A stretch of 64,000 nt of DNA from Candidatus Pacearchaeota archaeon (GTDB lineage: Archaea > Nanobdellota > Nanobdellia > Pacearchaeales > GW2011-AR1), in contig JAFCFJ010000008.1 in the NCBI GenBank assembly GCA_017608705.1, positions 465 to 64,464 of the forward strand, read 5' to 3'. The notes below the pieces were generated by a model, which was given only the letters and a program-made list of their open reading frames with translations, had not been told where the DNA came from and ran no database searches. This document shows, piece by piece, positions 35,262-46,110 of this stretch. Numbering within the stretch: the stretch's first letter is position 1; every line of letters begins with the position of its first letter. Both the position numbers and the translations under genes were made by a program.

Positions 35262-37274
35262 TTAGACTGTTCTTTGTATATGTCCTTTCCTTGGTTCGAA
35301 TATATCTCCTATCTGTTTTAATTTCTCGAGAGCTTCTTCTATGTCCGCTCTTGTCATCTTGTCCTCGAGCTCTTTTATCAGCTCTTCAACAGGAATAAGC
35401 TTCCCGAGCCTGTCTTCGAGCCTTGCGATAGCCTCTCTTACAAGAATAACCTTACCGCGCTGACTCGAGGCTATGCCAGTTGCGATGCGGTCTATATCAA
35501 AAGTTTTTGTTTCATAATCATAACCAACCTGCATCAATGAAAATTTGAGAAGTTCTATTGCACGTTTTGCATCCTCGCGTGTCACTTTGTTGCTGAGTCT
35601 TGTTCTTGCGCTTGCCTCAGCAAGCCTTACAAGCGCTTCAAGCTGTCTTGCTGAAATTGGTATGGGCCTCGTGACATCTGCAGCTACAGGAGCATTTCTC
35701 AACTCTACATAGAAACTCTTTATCTCTTGGATCGCTTCGTTCGTTAATTTTGGAAAAACACGTTGTTTTGCATATGCTATGTATTTTCTGAATAATGTTT
35801 TGTCTATTACTTCTCGTATTCCTTCTCTTTTATGCTCAAGCAATACATGTGTGGCTATTGCTTCATCACGTGCCCTATCAGGTAAGTCGCGCAAGGCAAA
35901 TATTATATCGAAACGGTTGAGCAGTGTTGGCGGAATATCAATCTGCTGTGCTATTGGCTGATAAGGATCAAACCTGCCGAGTTTTGGATTGGCCGCGGCA
36001 AGCACACTTGTTTCTGCACGTAATGTGGCCTGTACATTAGCCTTGCTTACAGTTACTGTTTGTTGTTCCATAGCTTCATGCATTGCTGTTCTGTCTTGCG
36101 GATCCATCTTTTCTAGTTCATCTATGCATACAATACCCTTATTGCTTAATACCATAGCTCCGGCCTCGAGGGACCAACCACGCAAGAACTCGTCTCGTAC
36201 GACAGTAGCGGTAAGGCCTGCTCCTGTCGCAGATTTGCCGACAACATATCTACCACGTGGTGCAATGCTTGCGATAAATTTCAATATTACGGATTTAGCT
36301 ACGCCGGGATCGCCCACTAGCAGTATATGAATATCTCCTCTTGATTCTGTGCCGTCGCTTTTTATTTTTTTGACACCGCCAAAAAGTTGCAAAACAAGCG
36401 CTTTCTTTATTTCTTCATACCCCCATATACTCGGTGCTATGCTTGACGCAAGTTTCTCGAATATATTCTTGTCTGCTGCCAGTTCTTGGATCTCACGTTC
36501 ATCTTCTTCGCTTATTTCAAGCTCTTCGAAAGTTTCTTCTAGGGGTATGATATTATTGGCTTCGATGGCCCAGTCAAATCTTGTGGAGATGGCACCTGTT
36601 TTGAGAGGAATTGGCACTTCTTTCAATACGCCAATAATTTTTACCTTGCTTCCTGGCGTTGTTCTTTCTTCCATTTTTGGCTCTACTAAATCTTCCTGTA
36701 AGAACACGCTAATGCGTCTTGGTTGCTCACCGCCAACAAGTGTTTCTGGTGCTTCTTCTATGACAAGTCTTTGCGCATCTACCATCTCCTTGCTCAAAAG
36801 CCTAAAACCACCACGCCTGCCACATGAACAACGAGATGGCTCCCGAAACTTGCGTTCCATCTGTAATACAGAAACTACCGTGCCGCAACTCGGACATTCA
36901 AATTTTGCATTTACTACTTGTGGCCTTACATCTGAGGCCTGCCTTACCAAACCCTCTACAGCCAGCATCTGGCCTAAATGTCTTGCGCGAATATTTCTTA
37001 TCCTTACGTGTTGTGTCTCGGGCAAGTCCAAGAGCCTGATTCTAGGCCTTGTTACGAGACCTGACTCTTCCAGAGCAAGCTCCATAAGCTGTAAGGTTTC
37101 TTCAGGATAGAATATTATGTGCTCGGCCAAGACATGAGAATAACTTGCTATATCTTCAAAATTTACGTATATCACATTTTTTCCTTCTCTTATACTTTTA
37201 CCTATCTTCTTCTTGTAAGAATTCAGAAATCCTTTAGCCTCTGTCATCAACTCTTCAGTATCTAACTTTTCCAT
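35262..37274 (-). CDS. mcm: MCM replicative helicase
   Basis: 670 aa. Zn finger CPSCG...CSCG. Walker A ILLVGDPGVAKS. Walker B and arginine finger (CIDELEKM...SVLAAANP). C-terminal wH. The length argues against an intein. Confidence 0.95.
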   Translation of the reverse strand: MEKLDTEELMTEAKGFLNSYKKKIGKSIREGKNVIYVNFEDIASYSHVLAEHIIFYPEETLQLMELALEESGLVTRPRIRLLDLPETQHVRIRNIRARHLGQMLAVEGLVRQASDVRPQVVNAKFECPSCGTVVSVLQMERKFREPSRCSCGRRGGFRLLSKEMVDAQRLVIEEAPETLVGGEQPRRISVFLQEDLVEPKMEERTTPGSKVKIIGVLKEVPIPLKTGAISTRFDWAIEANNIIPLEETFEELEISEEDEREIQELAADKNIFEKLASSIAPSIWGYEEIKKALVLQLFGGVKKIKSDGTESRGDIHILLVGDPGVAKSVILKFIASIAPRGRYVVGKSATGAGLTATVVRDEFLRGWSLEAGAMVLSNKGIVCIDELEKMDPQDRTAMHEAMEQQTVTVSKANVQATLRAETSVLAAANPKLGRFDPYQPIAQQIDIPPTLLNRFDIIFALRDLPDRARDEAIATHVLLEHKREGIREVIDKTLFRKYIAYAKQRVFPKLTNEAIQEIKSFYVELRNAPVAADVTRPIPISARQLEALVRLAEASARTRLSNKVTREDAKRAIELLKFSLMQVGYDYETKTFDIDRIATGIASSQRGKVILVREAIARLEDRLGKLIPVEELIKELEDKMTRADIEEALEKLKQIGDIFEPRKGHIQRTV

Positions 37275-37351
37275 GCAACAAGAACGTGGACATATTTTTT
37301 ATTCTTTTCTATAATCAAAAACTGTATAATAAAAGAAGATTTATTGCTGGC

Positions 37352-37897
37352 CTAAGATTTCATAGCTTCCTTTATATTTTTTATCAGCTGTTTCATTGCT
37401 TCTTCCAGCTGTTTTCTATTCTTGGTGCCTGTACATACTAGCTTACCATTAGTAAAAAGCAAAAATGTGGCTGTTGGTTTCTCGAGCTTGTAAACAAGGC
37501 CGGGAAATTGTTCCGGCTCGTACTCAGTGTTTTCCAGGGTGAGCGAGAGAATGTTAAGGTTAAGTGTCATGTTTATGTTTCCGCTTGCAACTATATTTTG
37601 CACGTTTATTTTTGGCTTTTCTGTGATTTTTATGTTGATCTTTCTCAGTTGTTTTATTACTATGTCTATAACTTGCCTTACTTGTCCTATACTTTTCGTG
37701 CCTGTACATACAAGATTACCGCTTGAGAAAACAAGAACAGCAGATTTCGGTTTCTTCACCCGCAATACGAGACCTGGGAAGGTTTCAGGGTTGTATTCCG
37801 TATTTGGTAATGTTTTTGCTAATTTTGTTAGTGGAATTTCTTTGCCCAAACTTGTTGTAGCCACTATATTTTGAACTTTCAGAGAAGTTTTTGCCAT
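37352..37897 (-). CDS. tbp: TATA-box binding protein
   Basis: 181 aa. Two direct repeats (QNIVATTSLGKEIPL...LVCTGTKS, and QNIVASGNINMTLNL...LVCTGTKN). Confidence 0.95.
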   Translation of the reverse strand: MAKTSLKVQNIVATTSLGKEIPLTKLAKTLPNTEYNPETFPGLVLRVKKPKSAVLVFSSGNLVCTGTKSIGQVRQVIDIVIKQLRKINIKITEKPKINVQNIVASGNINMTLNLNILSLTLENTEYEPEQFPGLVYKLEKPTATFLLFTNGKLVCTGTKNRKQLEEAMKQLIKNIKEAMKS

Positions 37898-37995
37898 AAG
37901 AATATTTAAAAATAAGTTATTTATAAAGCTTTTCCTCTTTTTGCCTCGTATTCTCCTATCAGTATGTCACAACACCGATAAATTTAAAATCAATA

Positions 37996-39234
37996 GTGCA
38001 AAAAGTTTTCACTAGTGTTAAAATGAGGCACGATTGGGAGCGCGATGCTAGGGAAAGAATAGAAAAAGTTGCACATCTGGTTGGAATGGGAAGAAAGGAA
38101 ATTGAAACGTTGTTTTCATTCAAGAGAGTTAGTCACGCAAAGCTTGAAGTTAATGGTAAGGTCTACGATGCTTGGCGTATTTTGCATAATGATTGGCTTG
38201 GGCCTGGTAAGGGAGGTATAAGATATCATCCTTCCGTGAGCGAGAACGAAGTTAAGATGCTTTCTTTTCTCATGACTATCAAAAACTCATTGATGGGTCT
38301 GCCGTTTGGCGGGGCCAAGGGCGGTGTGCAGGTTGATGTAAAACAACTTTCGAGGCAAGAGCTGGAGAAGCTTAGTCGTGCTTATGTGCATGCTTTCCAC
38401 GAAGTGCTTGGGCAAGACAAAGACATTCCAGCCCCTGATATGTACACAGATGCTGAGATAATGGGCTGGATGCTTGATGAATTTGAAAAGATAGAGCAGA
38501 GGCACGAGCCAGGGATGATTACTGGCAAGCCGCTTGTGTTGCAAGGTTGCAAATTGCGTGAGAAAGCTACAGCTAAGGGCGGATTTGTATTGCTTAACGA
38601 GCTTATTGGGCGAAAGGAAGCAAGCGTAGCTGTCCATGGTTTTGGCAATGCAGGAAAGAACGTGGCTTTGATGCTTCACGATTCTGGCTTTAGGGTCGTG
38701 GGTGTTGGTGACAGTAAGGGTGCAATTTATGATAGTAATGGTTTGGATATTATTGCAGTTGCAGATACAAAGGACAAGGCCGGTACTGTGGTTTCCTATG
38801 GGAAAGCTGAAAAAATAAGCAATGACCAACTGTTAAGCCTGGACGTAGATATTCTTGTGCTTGCAGCATTAGAAAATACTATCACTGGAGAAAATGCCAG
38901 GAATGTAAAAGCAAAATACATTCTCGAGCTTGCCAATAATCCTGTAACGCTCGATGCAGACAACATCCTTAATGAGGCTGGCGTAGTGCTAGTGCCAGAC
39001 ATACTTGCAAATGCAGGGGGTGTTGTGGTTAGTTATCTGGAGTGGGTTCAAAACGAGACAGGAAATATTTTTGATAGCCGTTTTTTAGAAGATAAATTCA
39101 AAAATATTATGCTGAATACCCTTGGACATGTTCTTGAGACAGCAAGGAAATATGATCTTAGCTTGCGAAATGCTGCCTATTTTGTTTCCCTGAGTCGTTT
39201 GTTCGAGGCTGGGAGAGCCAGAGGCAAGATATAA
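37996..39234 (+). CDS. gdhA: Glutamate dehydrogenase (Glu/Leu/Phe/Val dehydrogenase family)
   Basis: 412 aa. GGxKGG substrate motif (PFGGAKGGV) and the NAD(P) fold GFGNAGKN. Confidence 0.9.
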   Translation: MQKVFTSVKMRHDWERDARERIEKVAHLVGMGRKEIETLFSFKRVSHAKLEVNGKVYDAWRILHNDWLGPGKGGIRYHPSVSENEVKMLSFLMTIKNSLMGLPFGGAKGGVQVDVKQLSRQELEKLSRAYVHAFHEVLGQDKDIPAPDMYTDAEIMGWMLDEFEKIEQRHEPGMITGKPLVLQGCKLREKATAKGGFVLLNELIGRKEASVAVHGFGNAGKNVALMLHDSGFRVVGVGDSKGAIYDSNGLDIIAVADTKDKAGTVVSYGKAEKISNDQLLSLDVDILVLAALENTITGENARNVKAKYILELANNPVTLDADNILNEAGVVLVPDILANAGGVVVSYLEWVQNETGNIFDSRFLEDKFKNIMLNTLGHVLETARKYDLSLRNAAYFVSLSRLFEAGRARGKI

Positions 39235-39266
39235 TTTTTTAAACTAAGTTTCTAGACTAAGTTGGC

Positions 39267-40031
39267 ATGAAAGGTATATGGATGGGTGGCATGCTGTATT
39301 CTGACCTTAAGAGAGTCTTGGAGGAAATTGACAATTACGAAAAATATAGAAGTAGTCCAGTTAGCGAAGTTTTTGCATTTAGTGAGTGGAGACGATATGC
39401 TAGCATGTCTTTTTGGTATAAATATAAGAGTCTTTCTAAGAGACTTGGTAGAATGCTTGCTTCTCTTGAGGAGAATAAGGCAAAAGAAATTTTTGCAACA
39501 GCAGACATTCTGGACAGCTTCAATTTTAATGTTATGAGTTTTTTCATGGATTATTTTCCTAATAGTCTCGAAGATATTGTGGAATCATTGGAAAGGAATG
39601 TGCTAGAGAGGAGTTTGTTAGAGGTGGTATTTTATGGAAGTTACGGGGATTTTGATTGGTTCGAGAAGTATGGCGGGAATGTTATCAGAATATACATGGC
39701 TCCTGATTTTTTTGGTATGGATTATAAGGAAGGAAAGCGTGAGATAGTATTGGCGTGGAGTTCTGCTTCAATTCAAGACTTTATTTCACAGCTGAGAGAT
39801 AAGCAAACTGGAAAATTTGATGTTATGATTGTGCGAGAAGGAAAAACACATTTTTTCGATGCACTGTTCCCTTTACTTTATTCACAGGGTTTTTTAGGAA
39901 AAGATGCTTTGTTGTTATGGCACCGGAACTCTATTTCTGTAGGCAAAATTTTTGTGAAAGCAAAATTTTTGCCAAGGTATCCTGGAAAAGAGATAATGCC
40001 ATGTCTCACACCAGGAATACTTTGTAGTTAA
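39267..40031 (+). CDS. Hypothetical protein (254 aa), AT-rich, immediately upstream of reverse gyrase
   Basis: Clean ORF. Aromatic-rich. No motif recognised. Confidence 0.4.
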   Translation: MKGIWMGGMLYSDLKRVLEEIDNYEKYRSSPVSEVFAFSEWRRYASMSFWYKYKSLSKRLGRMLASLEENKAKEIFATADILDSFNFNVMSFFMDYFPNSLEDIVESLERNVLERSLLEVVFYGSYGDFDWFEKYGGNVIRIYMAPDFFGMDYKEGKREIVLAWSSASIQDFISQLRDKQTGKFDVMIVREGKTHFFDALFPLLYSQGFLGKDALLLWHRNSISVGKIFVKAKFLPRYPGKEIMPCLTPGILCS

Positions 40032-40062
40032 TTTTTTCAAGCTTCTTATTTTAATTTTCATA

Positions 40063-43000
40063 ATGGAAAAGGTAAAGGCAATATTCCTGCGTGCCTGTCC
40101 TAATTGTGGTAGGGCTATTTCAGATGTTAGGCTAAGAGAAGGGAGCGTTTGTGTTAAATGTTTGGAGAGGAAGATTGCTTATAAGCAAGAACGTGACGTG
40201 GAAAAAATTTACAATGCACTCAGGAAAAATAATAGGTTGGAATCCTATGGTGAAATTTACAATTTTTATGATGCGGTGAAGCGCATTGAGGAATTTTTCA
40301 AACAAACTACTGGCGTATTACCTTGGAGCTCCCAGCTTGCGTGGATGAAGCGCATTATTCGTGGCGAAAGTTTCTCTATTGTCGCAAGCACAGGCATGGG
40401 TAAGACAACCTTTTGCTTAGTCGCAGCACTTTACTTTGCTTTACAAGGCAAAAAATGTTATCTGGTTTTTCCCACTTCTGTGTTGGTAGAGCAGGCAAGC
40501 GAAAAAATAAGAAATTTTGCTGAGAAAATAAATGCGAGCCTGTCAATCTTATCTTATTCTGCAAAGAGTAAGAATAAGAATGAGATCAAGAAAAAAATTG
40601 CAAGTGGAAATTTTGATATCTTTTTGAGTTCAACACAATTCCTTGCGAGGAACTTCCAGATTCTTGGTGACAAGCGTTTTGATTTTATTTTTGTCGATGA
40701 TGCTGACTCGCTCCTGAGATCATCAAGGAATATAGAGAGAGTGATCAAATTATTGGGCTTTACAGATAAAGCTATGGAAGTTGCATACAGGATTGCGCAA
40801 GAGAGAGTTAGGGGTAATGAGGCTGTTGTGAGAAAACTTGAAAGAAGAATAGAGAAAATGAAGCAAGACCACGGAATTCTTATCGTGTCTAGTGCTACAG
40901 GAAGGGCAAAAGGTAAGAAAATTGTTTTATATCGGGAGCTTCTTGACTTCGAGATAGGTAGTTCGGCAGAGAGCCTAAGGAATGTTCAGGATGCATACAC
41001 GCATGGGGATATTGTCAGGATTGTCAAGGAATTAGGTAGGGGAGGTTTGGTTTTCGTTTCGCAAGAGTTAGGGCTAGAGAAGGCAAAAGAAATTTGCAAA
41101 AGGCTAAGAACTGAGGGCGTGCGTTGTGGTGTTGTTCATGCACAAGACAAGAGCGGGATAGAGAAGCTGAGAGATGGCGAGCTTGATGTTCTTGTTGGTG
41201 TGGCTAGTTACTATGGTGTTCTTGTTAGAGGCCTGGACTTTCCGCATATTATACGTTATGCTGTGTTTTACGGCGTGCCAAAATTTAGGTTCTCTCTCTC
41301 GCTTGAGAATCCTACCATTTACAGCGTTATAGCGATACTTGATTTACTTGCAGATGTTCTTGAGGGAAATGAAAAAGAAATAGCCCAGGGCCTTGCCCTA
41401 AAACTTAGGCGTGCTGTATCGAGAATTCCAGTAGAGGTTATACGTGCTATCGAAAGGAATGAGAGCAGCGAGAGGTATAGCGGTCTCAGCAAATTGTTTA
41501 GCCAAGCTACAGATTTTGTCAGGAAGGTAATGGCAAGCCAAAATGTGGTGGAGAAACTTGCTAGCCATGAATATGCAAATGTGGTTAAAGAGCAAGATCG
41601 CTTGTTTGTTGAAATTCCTGATGTACGAACATATATTCAGGCAAGTGGCCGCACGTCTCGTTTGTATGCTGGCGGAATCACGCGTGGCCTGAGCGTGGTT
41701 GTTGTTGATAATGAAAAACTTTTTCACGCACTGATGGCTGGCTTAAGATGGCGTTATCCAGAAGCAAAATTTGTTGAGTTCGAGAAGCTGAAACTTGACA
41801 AGCTTCTCAAAGAAATTGATGAGGACAGGGAAAAGGTGAGACGGATTCTTGAAGGCAGAGCAGACATAAAAGGCACGAGAGAGCTGGTAAAGATAGCGTT
41901 GATGATAGTGGAGTCACCAAATAAGGCAAAGACCATTGCTAACTTTTTTGGGAAACCGAGCAAGAGAAAATACGGCAAACTGGTTGCCTACGAGGTTTCT
42001 ACAGGCAAGCTTTTACTGACGATTGTTGCTACTGTAGGACATGTTTTTGATTTGGTAACGAGAATAGGGAAAGATGGTGTTTTCGTGAATAGCAGGTTTG
42101 TTCCTGTCTATGATACCCTGAAAAAAACTGCAAGGGGTGAACAGTTTGTTGATCAACTTTCGCTTGAAAATGCAGAGAATGACAAACTTGAAACGCTTAA
42201 GTCTATTGTAAAACTAGCCCAGGAAGTCGATGAAGTCTACATAGCCACGGATCCAGATGTTGAGGGAGAAAAAATAGCATGGGATGTTTCTCTTTTTCTT
42301 AGACCATATATTACCAAAATTTACAGGACAGAGTTTCATGAGGTTACGAGGCATGCTATAGAAGAGGCCATAGAAAAGAAGAGAGCACTGAACGAGAAAC
42401 TTGTTGAGGCTCAGATTGTAAGAAGAATAGAAGATAGATGGCTCGGCTTTGGTCTTAGTCGTTTCTTGCAGAGACATTTCAGAAAAAAAGGTTTGTCTGC
42501 AGGCCGTGTCCAAACCCCTGTTCTCGGCTGGATTATAAACAGAACAGAAAAACATAAGAAAAGCCTTTCTAAGTTTACTAGGCTTATACTCGAGAATGGT
42601 CTTGAAATTGTTATCCGGGGCATAGTTGATGCACAGCATGTTACAGTTAGAAGCGTGCATGTTGAAACAAGAGAGCTGAAGCCACGAGCACCTTATGTTA
42701 CACATTCTATGATAAGAGATGCCTCTGCGATACTTGGTTTTTCTGCCAGCTACACAATGAAGCTAGCGCAAGAATTGTTTGAAAGTGCACTTATCACGTA
42801 TCACAGAACAGACTCCACGCGTGTTTCGCTTACAGGCATTGCCATTGCCAAGCAATACATCGGGGATAAGTTTGGCAGGAAGATGTTCGTAGGGAGAAGA
42901 TGGCAAACATCTTCTGGCGGAGCTCATGAGTGTATAAGGCCAACACGTGCTGTTGATGGAAGACATCTTGAGCGTTTGATTGCAGAAAACATTATCACGC

Positions 43001-43578
43001 CTGCGGTTAGGATAACAAAACACCATCTCTTGCTTTATGATATGATCTTCAAAAGATTTGTTGCTAGCCAGATGAAACCTGCGAAGGTGAAAATACAGAA
43101 AGCTATCTTGCAATGTGGGAATGAGCAAGTGGAGATAGAAAATTTTATCGAGATTGTGGAAGCAGGATGGATGCAGCTTTATCCAACAAAACTTGTACAA
43201 GAGTTAAAGGCAGGACAGGAGCTTCGCGTTGTGAAACATGAAACTTTCTCTGCTCATACCATACCGTTATATACAGAGGGCGAAGTTGTAGAGGAGATGC
43301 AGAAGAGAGGCATAGGCAGACCATCTACATATGCCCAAATAATTTCCGTTTTACTTAGGCGCGGATATGTTATCAAAAAAGGAAAATATTTATTTGCAAC
43401 TAGACTTGGATCATTTGTGCATGCTTTTCTTGTAAGGAGATTTCCAAAAATGGTTTCTGAGGAACGCACGAGAAGACTTGAGCAAGAGATGAGGTATGTG
43501 GAAGAGGGAAAGATGCATTACCAGGATGTGCTTAAAAAAATTTATAATGAGTTGAGAAGAGAGGCGATAATTTTTTAA
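40063..43578 (+). CDS. rgy: Reverse gyrase (SF2 helicase-like domain fused to a type IA topoisomerase)
   Basis: 1171 aa. N-terminal Zn finger CPNCG...CVKC. Helicase Walker A ASTGMGKTTF and DDAD. TOPRIM IVESPNKAKTI. Topo IA active-site Tyr in LITYHRTDSTRVS. The length is consistent with an uninterrupted single-chain enzyme. Confidence 0.95.
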   Translation: MEKVKAIFLRACPNCGRAISDVRLREGSVCVKCLERKIAYKQERDVEKIYNALRKNNRLESYGEIYNFYDAVKRIEEFFKQTTGVLPWSSQLAWMKRIIRGESFSIVASTGMGKTTFCLVAALYFALQGKKCYLVFPTSVLVEQASEKIRNFAEKINASLSILSYSAKSKNKNEIKKKIASGNFDIFLSSTQFLARNFQILGDKRFDFIFVDDADSLLRSSRNIERVIKLLGFTDKAMEVAYRIAQERVRGNEAVVRKLERRIEKMKQDHGILIVSSATGRAKGKKIVLYRELLDFEIGSSAESLRNVQDAYTHGDIVRIVKELGRGGLVFVSQELGLEKAKEICKRLRTEGVRCGVVHAQDKSGIEKLRDGELDVLVGVASYYGVLVRGLDFPHIIRYAVFYGVPKFRFSLSLENPTIYSVIAILDLLADVLEGNEKEIAQGLALKLRRAVSRIPVEVIRAIERNESSERYSGLSKLFSQATDFVRKVMASQNVVEKLASHEYANVVKEQDRLFVEIPDVRTYIQASGRTSRLYAGGITRGLSVVVVDNEKLFHALMAGLRWRYPEAKFVEFEKLKLDKLLKEIDEDREKVRRILEGRADIKGTRELVKIALMIVESPNKAKTIANFFGKPSKRKYGKLVAYEVSTGKLLLTIVATVGHVFDLVTRIGKDGVFVNSRFVPVYDTLKKTARGEQFVDQLSLENAENDKLETLKSIVKLAQEVDEVYIATDPDVEGEKIAWDVSLFLRPYITKIYRTEFHEVTRHAIEEAIEKKRALNEKLVEAQIVRRIEDRWLGFGLSRFLQRHFRKKGLSAGRVQTPVLGWIINRTEKHKKSLSKFTRLILENGLEIVIRGIVDAQHVTVRSVHVETRELKPRAPYVTHSMIRDASAILGFSASYTMKLAQELFESALITYHRTDSTRVSLTGIAIAKQYIGDKFGRKMFVGRRWQTSSGGAHECIRPTRAVDGRHLERLIAENIITPAVRITKHHLLLYDMIFKRFVASQMKPAKVKIQKAILQCGNEQVEIENFIEIVEAGWMQLYPTKLVQELKAGQELRVVKHETFSAHTIPLYTEGEVVEEMQKRGIGRPSTYAQIISVLLRRGYVIKKGKYLFATRLGSFVHAFLVRRFPKMVSEERTRRLEQEMRYVEEGKMHYQDVLKKIYNELRREAIIF

Positions 43579-43626
43579 TTAACATCTTTATTTTTATTAT
43601 GTTAGTTTTGATCTTGTGGTGTTAAG

Positions 43627-44379
43627 ATGAAAATCAAAGAGGGCATGCTTGTATTGCTTCTCGGCAAGGAAGGTAGCTATCTTGTGCATGCGCGCAAGGA
43701 AAAATTCAATGTTTCAGAAGGTATTGTAGATTTGGGTGAGCTTATAGGTAAGAATTTCGGCACAAAAATAAAAACACACAAGGGTTACGAGTTTGCTGTT
43801 GTTAAGCCGAGCATTGTGGATTTTCTTATGAAAAAAGCAAAGATGATGCCTCAGGCAGTAAGGCCAAAAGATAGTGCTTTGATTTTGGCTTACACAGGAC
43901 TCAGGAATAATGCCAGAATTGTCGAGGCTGGAACAGGAAGTGCATGGCTCACACTGTTTTTAGCGAGCGCGTGTTCGAAAGGCAAGATTTACAGCTACGA
44001 GATGCGGAGAGATTTTTATCTTAATGCAAAGAAGAATATTGAGGCAAGCGGAATGAAAAATATCGTGTTGAAAAACAAGAATATTCTCGATGGTATTGAT
44101 GAGAGGAATGTGGATGCTGTTATTTTGGATATGTTGCATGCAGAAAAGGCCATACCTTTGGCGTACAAAACATTGAAACCTGGTGGCTGGCTTGTTGTTT
44201 ACTCACCATATATCGAGCAGGTAAAGGCTGTTAATGAGGAAATAGCCAAATATAATTTTACTCAGGTCAGCACTGTGGAGAATATCCTTAGGGCATGGGA
44301 TGTGCGCGAGCATACACTGCCACGACGTCATGGTTTGATGCATACAGGTTTCCTTACATTTGCGAGAAAGGTTTTCTGA
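43627..44379 (+). CDS. trmI: tRNA (adenine57/58-N1)-methyltransferase TrmI (Gcd14 family)
   Basis: 250 aa. N-terminal beta-barrel, then a Rossmann motif VEAGTGSAWLTLFLA. Confidence 0.8.
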   Translation: MKIKEGMLVLLLGKEGSYLVHARKEKFNVSEGIVDLGELIGKNFGTKIKTHKGYEFAVVKPSIVDFLMKKAKMMPQAVRPKDSALILAYTGLRNNARIVEAGTGSAWLTLFLASACSKGKIYSYEMRRDFYLNAKKNIEASGMKNIVLKNKNILDGIDERNVDAVILDMLHAEKAIPLAYKTLKPGGWLVVYSPYIEQVKAVNEEIAKYNFTQVSTVENILRAWDVREHTLPRRHGLMHTGFLTFARKVF

Positions 44380-44394
44380 TGTTTCAGCTATATA

Positions 44395-46110
44395 TCAAGA
44401 TTTTTTCCTGCCTGTTTCCTTTTCCCACTCCTCTCTTATTTCACTCAGCGTTGCTATATCACTCGGAGAGCGATCGGGTCTTAGTCTTGTTATTCTTGGG
44501 AATCTCAGAGCAAAGCCGGAAGCATATTTTGGACTTTTTTGGATGTTCTGATAAACTACGGTAACCACGATTTTTGGCTTTATCCTGACATCTCTGCCGT
44601 GTTCTTCTACGATCAAGGGTTTCAACATTTTTGTTAGTTCATCAAAGCTTAAACCAACCTCTTGCTTTTCCTTTATTCCTGTCCCGACCTTACCAACCTC
44701 GAGGAAGTTTCCTGTTTTTTCATCACGACAAGCAATAACAAAACTTGAGAGCCAGCCTCCGCGTTTCCCTGTGCCATACTCCGCGCCCACGATCACGAGA
44801 TCAAATTCCTTTTCCTCAGGCTTAATCTTGAGCATATAACCAACACGGGCTCCAGGTTTATAAGGCGCATCAAGATTTTTTGCCATAAGCCCTTCGTGTC
44901 CTGCTTTCAACGCTTTCCTGAAAAAACTCTCTGCTTTGCTCTCACTATCGGTGATCAATTGTTCTGCTGGTTTTAGCTCGAGTTTCTTGCCTTTTACTAT
45001 TTTCCTCAAAAGCTCACTTCTTTTCCTGAAAGGCTCGTTGAGCAGAGATTTGCCATTGTAGTATATTATATCGAAGACATTCACCTCTACTGGCAATTCC
45101 TTGCTCAGCTTTTCTATGTCATATTTCCTCTTTATTCTTTGGCTTATTTCTTGGAATGGCCTGTACTTCTTTGTACGTGGCGAGTAACCTACAGCTTCGC
45201 TATCTATGATAAAACTCTTAGCCTTGATATACTTCTTAACATACTCTACAACTTCAGGAAATTGTTTTGTTACATCCTCGAGCCGTCTCGTGAATATTGT
45301 AATCTTGCCATCCTCGCTCTTGTTGAGCATCATTCGAAAGCCATCATACTTGAATTCAAAAGCAGCAGGCTTGCCAACCTGCTCAAAAGCATCAGCAATA
45401 TTTTTTGCTTTCAATGCGAGCATCACCTTTACAGGCTTTCCTGGCACGAGCATAATCTCCTCTAATTTTTTTACACCATGACATGCGGCCTCAAACACAG
45501 CAGCAAAATCATTAGCTTTGTCATAAGCTGCTTCAACGCTTGCTACATATTCTTTTGCCTTTTCTCTCCCGAAGCAAGCCCATGTTATAGCATCCCGCAT
45601 TATGCCCTCGCCTGTCCCTACACGGAGTTCGCCGAGAACCGTCCTGATAAGGTAGCGTGCCTCTATTGGCTTGGCCGCGGAAAGCAATTCAGCAAGCAAG
45701 CTTATCTTTTTCTCTATTGTGCCCGGTCCTTCGAGCTCTGCTGCTTTACGCAAATTTTCTAAGACCTTCTCCGTGGTAAGCTCTTTTTGGAAAAGTGTGA
45801 TTTGCTTTTTTTTCTTAACCAGCTTTTCCGCTGTTTTACCAAGATCTCCTGATTTTTTCCATTCCTCTACTACATCTTCTGCTGGTATGCCTGTCGCTTT
45901 GCTTATCGCTTTTATCGCGAGCTGTGCTGAAATGCCAACTTCTTTCTGCGAATAATCTGGAAACACACTTCCGCGAAGCAGATAAATGATTTCTTTGTTC
46001 TTTTCCTTCTTGAGCTTGTGGAGAAAGTTTGCGAGAATCTCTGTTTTATCAAGCCTGCTGCTTGTGGCCTCAAGCCTCTCATAAATTTTGCACAGTTCCT
46101 CATATTTCAT
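44395..46110 (-). CDS. lig: ATP-dependent DNA ligase
   Basis: 571 aa. Motif I FEFKYDGFR (KxDG). Motifs III-VI and a C-terminal OB domain present. Confidence 0.95.
   Translation of the reverse strand: MKYEELCKIYERLEATSSRLDKTEILANFLHKLKKEKNKEIIYLLRGSVFPDYSQKEVGISAQLAIKAISKATGIPAEDVVEEWKKSGDLGKTAEKLVKKKKQITLFQKELTTEKVLENLRKAAELEGPGTIEKKISLLAELLSAAKPIEARYLIRTVLGELRVGTGEGIMRDAITWACFGREKAKEYVASVEAAYDKANDFAAVFEAACHGVKKLEEIMLVPGKPVKVMLALKAKNIADAFEQVGKPAAFEFKYDGFRMMLNKSEDGKITIFTRRLEDVTKQFPEVVEYVKKYIKAKSFIIDSEAVGYSPRTKKYRPFQEISQRIKRKYDIEKLSKELPVEVNVFDIIYYNGKSLLNEPFRKRSELLRKIVKGKKLELKPAEQLITDSESKAESFFRKALKAGHEGLMAKNLDAPYKPGARVGYMLKIKPEEKEFDLVIVGAEYGTGKRGGWLSSFVIACRDEKTGNFLEVGKVGTGIKEKQEVGLSFDELTKMLKPLIVEEHGRDVRIKPKIVVTVVYQNIQKSPKYASGFALRFPRITRLRPDRSPSDIATLSEIREEWEKETGRKKS

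Noticed and set aside
36349-37110. 253-aa plus-strand ORF, and several other long ORFs (e.g. 35989-36330, 21543-22046, 23214-23597, 44295-44564, 45139-45955), antisense to MCM, gatE, aspS and DNA ligase
   Set aside because: They lie entirely within strongly supported genes on the opposite strand and have low-complexity Ser/Leu-rich translations typical of antisense frames. No independent motif.
35262-43578. Inteins in MCM, reverse gyrase, or cdc48/topA
   Set aside because: Protein lengths (670, 1171, 745 aa) match intein-free homologs. No Hint-domain or homing endonuclease blocks seen. The cdc48 lesion removes extein sequence, so it is not an intein site.
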